From: Vulcanimicrobiota bacterium | Lineage (GTDB): Bacteria > Vulcanimicrobiota > Xenobia > Xenobiales > JADMJV01 | DNA length: 64,000 nucleotides | Direction of reading: 5' to 3' | Assembly (NCBI GenBank): GCA_050250895.1 | Contig: JBFWNU010000009.1 | Span: forward strand, 38,388 to 102,387 | Part shown: positions 56,774-64,000 of the stretch, one piece after another | Layout of the letters: the number at the start of each line of letters is the position of its first letter | How positions within the stretch are numbered: position 1 is the first letter of the stretch | The notes under the pieces: generated by a model | Told to the model about the DNA's origin: nothing | What the model saw: only the letters and a program-made list of their open reading frames with translations | Database searches by the model: none | Translations under genes and position numbers: made by a program

Positions 56774-57478
56774 GTGAAGAACCTGCGCTGGCTACTCCTC
56801 AGCCTTTGTGCCATCGCCACGCTGGCCGCCATCCCCAGGTCGGACCATCCTACCTTCGTTTCCCGATGGCAGAGTCAGGACACGCTCGAATTCAACCTGG
56901 CCGAGTCAACCTTTTTCGACTCCGCCCCCAGAGCCCGAGTCGTCGACTTTCTGACCGCCACCTATCCGACCCTGAAATTCCATCCGTGGGACGACGGCTT
57001 CACAGCCTCGGGCCCGCGCTGGGCGCTCGAGCGATCCGGCAGTGAGATCTGCAAGCTCGAGCCTCGAAGCATCCCAAAACCGTCACGCTCCTGGTCTGTT
57101 GACGGAATCAGCCTCGGCATGTCCCGCGACGAGGTGATCGCAAGCCTCGGACAGCCTGCTCATGCAGCCACTTACGAGGTCGCCGAGCTACTCGAGTATC
57201 CCCGGCTGACTATCGAAGTGAATCGACCACTTGGTGTCGTGGTGGTCTCCGGGCGCTCCCTCGAGCAAGAAGGTCGCGTTCTCGCAACGGTTGGCGAACC
57301 GTGGCGACCCCCAAGCGGCGACCTTCGGTTTGATCGCTCCGGAGCGTCAGCTTGGCTGTGTTCCCCTGAGGGTACCGTCGTCCTCGAGCTCAGTGAGGAC
57401 ACCGTCGAGAGGATTCTGCTGCACATCGACCTGGGCCTCGAGTGCGTAGGGAAGCCCAGCCGCGGGGACGATGAGTGA
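56774..57478 (+). CDS. Secreted hypothetical protein (paralog of 55206-55898)
   Basis: Signal peptide; collinear similarity over most of its length. Confidence 0.75.
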   Translation: MKNLRWLLLSLCAIATLAAIPRSDHPTFVSRWQSQDTLEFNLAESTFFDSAPRARVVDFLTATYPTLKFHPWDDGFTASGPRWALERSGSEICKLEPRSIPKPSRSWSVDGISLGMSRDEVIASLGQPAHAATYEVAELLEYPRLTIEVNRPLGVVVVSGRSLEQEGRVLATVGEPWRPPSGDLRFDRSGASAWLCSPEGTVVLELSEDTVERILLHIDLGLECVGKPSRGDDE

Positions 57479-57626
57479 CGCCCGCGATGACCTGAGCCCG
57501 GAGGGGTTCGTCTGGCATCTGCTGCGCCGGGTGCGCTTTCTATCCGACGACGACGGCCCGGCCGGCCAGGTAAACTCGAAACGCGCCTAAGCGAGTTTCG
57601 CTGCCCTCTCGATGGCGAAGCCGTCG

Positions 57627-58268
57627 CTAGGGCAGGTCGACTACCGAGCCGACCTGGCCCAGGGGGTCGGGCCAGTAGTAGAGCTTACCCTCTCCCAGGT
57701 CGGCCCGAGTGATGCTGCGGGTGCCGGCCTCGGGGCGCTGCATCAGGGGAGAGTCTTGCTCGCGACCGGGCACGCGCAGGCGGTGAAAATCGAGCAGCGG
57801 CCCGTCCCAGTCGGCAAACCAGGTTCGGCGGGCCTCGACCACGCTCGACCAGGGCGAGGAGGTAACCAGGGCGCGGCCGGAAAGGCGTTCCCACTCCAGC
57901 GCCCGGCCGAACCAGCCGGCCACCTCGACCGCGCCGGGACGAGCCACCACCAGATAGAACGAGGCATAGGGCGAGGGATCGAAGTCGCGGCGAAGCCAGT
58001 CGAGGCCGCGCTCGAACACAAGCGGGATGATCCCGCCCCGGCTGGGAGCCCCGGCGGCGGCCACCACCGTGTCGCCCTCGCGATAGCCGTTGGTCAGGCA
58101 CAGCACCAGCTCGCGATTGGCTCCAAACCAGGTTCCGCCGCTGTCCGAATCGGTCGGTCCGGCCCAGTTGCCGTGCACCCGTGGAGGTCGTTCCGGGCCG
58201 CGCGACTTCATCTCGTCGCGATTCATGGTCACCACCAGCGGCTGGTGGGACACCGTCACCGTGCACAT
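57627..58268 (-). CDS. NRDE / TANGO2 family protein
   Basis: MCT start, NRDE, D..SGGTW, L.N, SRG and TRS motifs. Confidence 0.9.
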   Translation of the reverse strand: MCTVTVSHQPLVVTMNRDEMKSRGPERPPRVHGNWAGPTDSDSGGTWFGANRELVLCLTNGYREGDTVVAAAGAPSRGGIIPLVFERGLDWLRRDFDPSPYASFYLVVARPGAVEVAGWFGRALEWERLSGRALVTSSPWSSVVEARRTWFADWDGPLLDFHRLRVPGREQDSPLMQRPEAGTRSITRADLGEGKLYYWPDPLGQVGSVVDLP

Positions 58269-59314
58269 CAGTCGGTCTGATAGGCCAGCTTGACGAAGTT
58301 TTCCGAAAATTGCTCGAGGGTCAGCTTGAACAGTCCGTCGTCGCGGCCGTCGAGAGCCTGGCCGTTGGCGTCGCTGGGCTCGCCGTGGCCGTAGGGATTG
58401 CGCAGCTCGACCGTGCCTTTGTCTTCGTCGTAGCCGACCAGAGCGTAGGCGTGGCCGGTCACCAGCCCGGCTTGCTCGACCTCTTCGAAGTTGGTCCAGG
58501 CGATGGCGATGTGATTGCTGGCCAGTTCTCGTTGTAAAGGACGCAAAAAGGTCGGAACCTCGCCTTTCTCGAGGGTGGGATGACGAGGCACACGGGCCGT
58601 GCCGGCCTGACCGCCGGTGATCGCCTCGATGGCGTCCTCTGGCCAGGCGTCGGAGTGCTCGAAGGCTCCCAGACGACGCCCGCCGTGGTGGACTCCCCAG
58701 GCCTTCTCGAAACAGGTCAGCCAGTAACCGTCCTGGCCCGAGCCAGAATAAAGAGCCAGCTCGGTGTCGGTCGGAGGCGAGATCTTGATGGTCTTATCGA
58801 GCCCCGCGAACTTGACCCCCAGGCGGCCGTCGGGCAGCTCGGTGATGGCCTCTCGCAGTAGCGCCGGATCGCGGCGGGCCTGGCCGAACATGGCCGAAAG
58901 AAAGGCACAGCTCGGGCTGACTCCCTGTTGGATGCTGAAGGCGTCGGGCAGCTCGGAGGTATAGAGCTGGTGGGCCGAACCCTCGAGCTTGCCGAGCAAC
59001 ATACGATAGGCATCGTCATAGCCCGGGTCGTCCTCTTCGGCCAGATCGGCCAGGCGATCGCGCTCGAAGGAGGGGTGACCGCGGCCGTCTTGCTCGGCCT
59101 CCATCAGGGCGTAGAGGGTTCCCAGAGCGGCGGCCTGGCGGCCTTTGTTGGCGGGGTCGGCCACCGCCCGGCGCATCTCGCTCCAGCTGAGCTTGCCGTC
59201 GCCGTTGCGGTCCCAGCCGTCAAAGCCCGACTCGATGCGTTCGAAGACCTCGCCGGCTTTGGCTTTGCCAGGGCGCCGTTGGGCTAGCGTGCCCTGAAAA
59301 GGCAAGATGTGCAT
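58268..59314 (-). CDS. EF-hand + calpain-like (C2) cysteine peptidase
   Basis: DRNGDGKLSWSE EF-hand; QG..SCAFLS, FEKAW, GHAY and LRNPYG. Confidence 0.85.
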   Translation of the reverse strand: MHILPFQGTLAQRRPGKAKAGEVFERIESGFDGWDRNGDGKLSWSEMRRAVADPANKGRQAAALGTLYALMEAEQDGRGHPSFERDRLADLAEEDDPGYDDAYRMLLGKLEGSAHQLYTSELPDAFSIQQGVSPSCAFLSAMFGQARRDPALLREAITELPDGRLGVKFAGLDKTIKISPPTDTELALYSGSGQDGYWLTCFEKAWGVHHGGRRLGAFEHSDAWPEDAIEAITGGQAGTARVPRHPTLEKGEVPTFLRPLQRELASNHIAIAWTNFEEVEQAGLVTGHAYALVGYDEDKGTVELRNPYGHGEPSDANGQALDGRDDGLFKLTLEQFSENFVKLAYQTD

Positions 59315-59422
59315 GGCCGCATCCTATCCCGGCCCGGCGGTCGACTTGTTTCCGTTGGGTAAACACGCAGTAGCGACAACACGTTCGAAAGGAGCCCCTG
59401 GGCGCGCGCCTAACATAACAGG

Positions 59423-60649
59423 ATGAGAATTTTTCATACTTCCGACTGGCACCTGGGTCGTCAGACCTGTGGATTGTCGCGCCGCCGCGACCATGAGCTG
59501 GTCCTGGAGGAGATTCTCGGCCACTGTCGCGACTTCAAGCCGCACCTGATTTTGCACAGTGGAGACCTGTTCGAAAACTCGCGGCCGGCGGTCGAGGATA
59601 TGCGGCTGGCCCAGGAGACGCTGGCTCAAATGTCTGAATTGGCTCCCACCGTGGTCATCGCCGGCAACCACGACTCGGCCGCCCTCTTCGACCTGTTCGA
59701 GGCCCTGGTGGGCAAAGCGCGGCGCTTGTCTTTCGTGGGCTCGGTGCGCCGCCCCGACCAGGGTGGAGTGATGGAGTTCGCGGGCGAGAGCGGCGAAATC
59801 GCCAGGGTCGGATTGTTGCCCTTTGTGCATGCCAACCGGGTGGTCGACGCCCTCGAAATCGGTCCCGACGCCCGCACCATGGAGTACGCCGACCGCATCG
59901 CCCGCATCGAGCAAGCGCTGGGGCAGGCCATGGCCAGGGGCTACCACCCCAACCGTCACATCCTGCTGTTCTGCGCCCATCTGCACGTGGGCGACTCCAA
60001 GGTCTCGCGCAGCGAACGCCCCTTGCATGTGAGCGAGACCTACGCCACCCGAGCCACCCATATCCCCGACGTCAGCTATGCCGCCTTCGGCCACATCCAC
60101 AAGCCCCAGGCCCTTCCCGGAGGCGTGCCCGGGCGCTACGCCGGCTCGCCGCTGCAGCTCGATTTCGGCGAAGAGGGAGAGGTCAAGCAGGTGGTGCTCA
60201 TCGAGGCCAAGCCCGGGCGCTCGGCCAAGATCACTCCCATCGACCTCAAGAGCGGACGCCAGTTGATCAGCCTGCACGGCAGTCAGGCCAGCCTGGCCGA
60301 ACGAGCCGCCGAGGTGGGCGACGCCCTGCTCAAAGTCACCGTCGAGACTGACGAGCCGACGCCGGGGCTGGCCGATTGGGCCACCCAGACCTTTGCCCGG
60401 GCCACCGTGGTCGAGGTCCACGAGCGCTGTGCCAAGACCGCACTGCCGCTGGCCGACGAGTTGCCTCCTCTCAGTCACGAGTTCGAAGATCTGGCCACCG
60501 CCTTTCGCTCGTATCTCGAAGAACATCTGCCCGAGGATCAAAGCGGCGAGACGGTCTATTCGGTCTTTTGCCAGGCTCGGTTAGACGGCTCGTCGGAAGA
60601 GCTGCGCGTGCCCGAGGCCATCCTCAAGCTCGAGGAGTTGGTATCATGA
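59423..60649 (+). CDS. sbcD: Exonuclease SbcCD subunit D
   Basis: HTSDWHLG, GDLF, GNHD, GHIH and YAGSP phosphoesterase motifs. Confidence 0.95.
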   Translation: MRIFHTSDWHLGRQTCGLSRRRDHELVLEEILGHCRDFKPHLILHSGDLFENSRPAVEDMRLAQETLAQMSELAPTVVIAGNHDSAALFDLFEALVGKARRLSFVGSVRRPDQGGVMEFAGESGEIARVGLLPFVHANRVVDALEIGPDARTMEYADRIARIEQALGQAMARGYHPNRHILLFCAHLHVGDSKVSRSERPLHVSETYATRATHIPDVSYAAFGHIHKPQALPGGVPGRYAGSPLQLDFGEEGEVKQVVLIEAKPGRSAKITPIDLKSGRQLISLHGSQASLAERAAEVGDALLKVTVETDEPTPGLADWATQTFARATVVEVHERCAKTALPLADELPPLSHEFEDLATAFRSYLEEHLPEDQSGETVYSVFCQARLDGSSEELRVPEAILKLEELVS

Positions 60650-63621
60650 GACCGCTACACCTGACTATCGAAGGCCTTCGCTCTTATCGAAGCCGCATCG
60701 AAATCGACTTCACCGAGGTGGGGCTGTTCGCCATCACCGGCCAGACCGGCGCCGGCAAATCGTCGATTCTCGAGGCGCTGGTGTTCGCGCTCTACCACGC
60801 CAGCACGTTCGACAAGACCCGGGTCAAGGCGCTCATTACCGACGGCCTCGACGACATGACCGTCAGCCTGCTCTTTCGCGCCCGGGGCGGCGAATGGAGG
60901 GTGACCCGCTCGATCTCGAACCTGGCCAGCCGGCCTCCGGTGCATGAGCTGCGCACCCCCGACGGCGAGTTGCTCGAGAAGAAGAAGGAAGTCGACGATA
61001 CCATCGCCAGCCTGCTGGGCCTCGAGTGCGACGACTTTCTCAAGACAGTGGTGCTGCCCCAGGGCAAGTTCCAGGCTCTGCTTCACTCCAAACCGGCCGA
61101 CCGGGCTCCCCTGCTCAAGAGCCTGCTCGGCCTCGACGAACTCGACCGCATTTCCGAGGTCGTGGCCAGCCAGCGCGAGCGGCTTTCCAAAGCCCTCAAC
61201 ACCGTGCGCGGTTTGCGCAGCGGCCTCGAGGTCGAGCCCGACCAACTGGCCGAGCTGCAAGCTCGCTTCGCCGAGCTGCAGGTGCAAGAGAACACGCTCG
61301 CCGCCCAGCTCGAGGTCTGCGAAGAGATCGAGCGCAAGCACGCCGCCGAGCGCGAGCAACGAGCCGGCCTCGAGCGCGAGCAAGAGACGCTAGACAAAGT
61401 CGAACTGCCCAAGAACCTGGCCACTTTCCAAGAACTCGAGGCAGGCTTTACCGCCGAAGCCACTCGCCTGGAGGGAGCCTTCGAGCAGCTGGCCAAGCTC
61501 AAGACCGAGTTGGACCAGGCCCAGAACCAGCGCCGCCAGGCTGGCCTCGACCGGGCCGGCCTCGAGGCGGCCGCCGAAGACCTGACCCGGCTCGAGACCG
61601 ACGGTCCCCGGCTGGCCGAAATCGAGCAAGAGCTGGCCGCTCTGCTCGAGTCGATCAAGAGCGAGCAACAGCAACAGGCCGAGCTTGACCAAAGTCTGGG
61701 CCAGGGAAGCGAAAAGCTCGAGCGGGTCGGCAACCAGGGCCAGACGGTGCGGGCCGAACTCGATCGTCTCAAAGCTCGCCAGCAAGAAGCCCAGACCTGT
61801 CAGAACAACCTCAAGACCAGCCAGGCCGCCCTCGACAAGCTGGCGGCCCAACGCTCGCAGCTCGAGCAGGACCTCGGCCGGCAAGCCGAACAGCAAAGCG
61901 AGCTGGCCTGCGCTCTCGACCAGGCGCGCCAGGCCCGAGAGCAGGCCGAAGACGAGCTCAAGCAGGCCGAACGGGCCAACCTGGCCGCGGCTTTATGCCA
62001 CGATCTCGACTCGGACCAGCCCTGCCCGGTCTGCCAGCAGAACTTTCCCGAGGGCTGGACGGCTCCCGAAGGCGGAGCCCTCGAGCCCCTTCGCAAGAAG
62101 CTAGAAAAAGCCCGGAAAAAAGAGCGAGAAGCCCAGCGGCACCTCGACCAGGCCAACGCCCAACACGGAGCCGACAGCCGCCGGGTCGAACAGCTGACTC
62201 AAGAGGCCCTCGCGCTGGCCGAAGCCCTGACTCGCCTGAGCACCGATTGGCAACAGTTCGAGGCCGAAAACCTCGAAGCCGAGGTGCAACGGCTCGATGA
62301 AGAGCGCAACCGCCTGGCCGGGCTCTACGAGGGTCTGCGGGCCGAGCACAAGGGGCTGCAACAGCAGCTCGAGCAGAGCCAACAAAGACTTTCTCGCCAC
62401 CAGAACGACCGCCAACAACGCCAGCAGCGCCTCGACCAGCTTGGCCAAAGCCTCGAGCAGCGGCGCCAGCGACTGCACCAGCTGTTCGGCGAAACCGACC
62501 TGCGCGAGCGCCTGGCCCAAGAACGCGAAGCCTGCACCGACCTCGAGCGCCAGGAGCGCGAGCTGCTCACCCACCAGAGCCAGCTGCATCAAGACCGCGA
62601 CCAGTTGCAGAAGGCCCGGCGCGACGAACTCGAGACGCCCCTGCGCCAGCTCGAGAACTGCCTGCGCGGGCTGGCGGCCCGCCTCGACCTGCCCTTCGAG
62701 GGCGACACGGTCAGCCAGCTGCAAGCCGCCCTCGCCAACCTGGCCGAGGCCCGCAAGCAGCGCCTACAGGCGCTGCAAGAGCAGTTGAGCGCCGGCCAGG
62801 CCGAGCAGGAGGCCGCTCGCCAGGCCCTGTCCAGGGCTCTGGCCGAGCTCGGCGCCGACAGCCTCGAGCAAGCCCGCGGCCAACGCGACCAGCTGCGCGA
62901 AAATCGCATCCGGGCCGGGCAAAGCATCGAACTGGCCGAGCAACAGCTGGAGCGTGCCGCCCAGCTCGACCAGGCCCTGCTGCCGGGCGAACAGCTCGAG
63001 CGGGCCCTCGACTTCTTGCACGGCACTCTGGGCAACCGCCGCTCGAAAGGCTCGTCGTCGTTTTCGCAGTGGATGCTGGCCCGCCGCCAGCGCGAGTTGC
63101 TCGAGATCGCCAGCCGGGCTTTCGGCGAGATGACTGACCAGCAATACGGCTTCAGCCCTGACTTCGAGGTGGTCGACCGCGGCAGCGGCCAGGCCCGCCG
63201 GCCCAACACCCTGTCTGGCGGCGAGTCGTTTCTGGCCAGCCTGGCCCTGGCCCTGGCCCTATCCGAACTGGTCGGCCGTCGGGGCGGTCGGCTCGAGGCC
63301 TTCTTCCTCGACGAGGGCTTCGGTAGCCTCAGCCCCGAGTGCCTTGACCGAGCCCTCGACGCCCTCGAGTCGCTGGCCCAGAGCGGCCGCTTGATCGGCT
63401 TGATCAGCCACGTGGCCGGAGTAGCCGAGCGCATCGAGACGGTCTGGCGGGTGGTCAAGACCCCCACCGGCAGCCGGGTCGAAGCGCTCGAAGGCCCGCT
63501 GCGCATCGAGCCGGCCGAGCTGCTGCGTGAGCTAGCCCCGCCTCCTCCACCCGAGCCCGAGCCCGAAGAGGAGCTGGGCTTCGACTTCGACCCCGAACGC
63601 CACCCGCTCTTCGCCGGCTAG
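60646..63621 (+). CDS. sbcC: SMC-like ATPase SbcC
   Basis: GQTGAGKSS, LPQG.F, CPVC hook, LSGGE, FLDEGFGSL and ISH; start MRPLHL at 60646. Confidence 0.95.
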   Translation: MRPLHLTIEGLRSYRSRIEIDFTEVGLFAITGQTGAGKSSILEALVFALYHASTFDKTRVKALITDGLDDMTVSLLFRARGGEWRVTRSISNLASRPPVHELRTPDGELLEKKKEVDDTIASLLGLECDDFLKTVVLPQGKFQALLHSKPADRAPLLKSLLGLDELDRISEVVASQRERLSKALNTVRGLRSGLEVEPDQLAELQARFAELQVQENTLAAQLEVCEEIERKHAAEREQRAGLEREQETLDKVELPKNLATFQELEAGFTAEATRLEGAFEQLAKLKTELDQAQNQRRQAGLDRAGLEAAAEDLTRLETDGPRLAEIEQELAALLESIKSEQQQQAELDQSLGQGSEKLERVGNQGQTVRAELDRLKARQQEAQTCQNNLKTSQAALDKLAAQRSQLEQDLGRQAEQQSELACALDQARQAREQAEDELKQAERANLAAALCHDLDSDQPCPVCQQNFPEGWTAPEGGALEPLRKKLEKARKKEREAQRHLDQANAQHGADSRRVEQLTQEALALAEALTRLSTDWQQFEAENLEAEVQRLDEERNRLAGLYEGLRAEHKGLQQQLEQSQQRLSRHQNDRQQRQQRLDQLGQSLEQRRQRLHQLFGETDLRERLAQEREACTDLERQERELLTHQSQLHQDRDQLQKARRDELETPLRQLENCLRGLAARLDLPFEGDTVSQLQAALANLAEARKQRLQALQEQLSAGQAEQEAARQALSRALAELGADSLEQARGQRDQLRENRIRAGQSIELAEQQLERAAQLDQALLPGEQLERALDFLHGTLGNRRSKGSSSFSQWMLARRQRELLEIASRAFGEMTDQQYGFSPDFEVVDRGSGQARRPNTLSGGESFLASLALALALSELVGRRGGRLEAFFLDEGFGSLSPECLDRALDALESLAQSGRLIGLISHVAGVAERIETVWRVVKTPTGSRVEALEGPLRIEPAELLRELAPPPPPEPEPEEELGFDFDPERHPLFAG

Positions 63622-63697
63622 CCCACTTCCGCACGGAAGTCGCGGTCAAGCCCGCCGCGCCGGGCAACCGGCGAGGCCCGCCAAGGCTGCCGGGTCG

Positions 63698-64000
63698 TGC
63701 TCCCGCGAAATCACGGAGCATGCTCCCACAAAAACCCGGAGCAGGCCCGTTCTGCCTCGCTGGCGCGGGTTGCTCCCACAAAAACCCGGAGCCTGCTCCC
63801 ACAAAACCGGAGCAGGCCCGTTCTGCCTCGCTGGCGCGGGTTGCTCCCACAAAAACCCGGAGCATGCTCCCACAAAAACCCGGAGCAGGCCCGTTCTGCC
63901 GGGCTGGGGCGGGTTGCTCCCGCGAAAACTCGGAGCATGCTCCCACAAAACCCGGGAGCAGGCCCGTTCTGCCGGGCTGGGGCGGGTTGCTCCCGCGAAA
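63698..64000. repeat. REP-like tandem array (TGCTCCCACAAAAACCCGGAGCA x2 + 27-bp linker), runs off the window end
   Basis: About 9 copies of the ~23-mer in ~72-bp higher-order units; GGAGCATGCTCC palindromes at the junctions. Confidence 0.92.

Noticed and set aside
57471-57590. 39-aa ORF MSDARDDLSPEGFVWHLLRR
   Set aside because: Too short, with no recognisable motif; cannot be supported from sequence alone.
63698-64000. CRISPR array or coding repeat at the window end
   Set aside because: Linkers are near-identical rather than unique, and the ORFs are repeat translations.

Overview
High-GC bacterial chromosomal window. The gene content, signal-less orphan proteins and lineage-expanded paralogs suggest Ca. 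Eremiobacterota/Xenobia-like affinity, but this is inference only. About 60 genes are present. Housekeeping genes include glnS, beta-carbonic anhydrase, sbcDC, an HDAC-family deacetylase, an acyltransferase, an ABC transporter and YceI. There are many peptidases/effector-like proteins, a 2202-aa polymorphic-toxin-like protein, and a dispersed radical SAM/glycosyltransferase locus. No rRNA, tRNA or CRISPR array was recognised. The most striking signal is a DUF222-like/HNH nuclease gene (11652-12833, minus strand) that carries a perfect 20-bp palindrome (GTACTTCCAGCTGGAAGTAC) in its own coding sequence. It is preceded by a structured ~250-nt leader and a ~1.2-kb modular array holding 7 perfect and about 3 degenerate copies of the same TTCCAGCTGGAA core, with a near-copy at 7234. 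Two further, unrelated palindromic intergenic arrays occur at ~53.3-53.8 kb and 63.7-64.0 kb. All domain calls come from motif recognition by eye, with no database searches.
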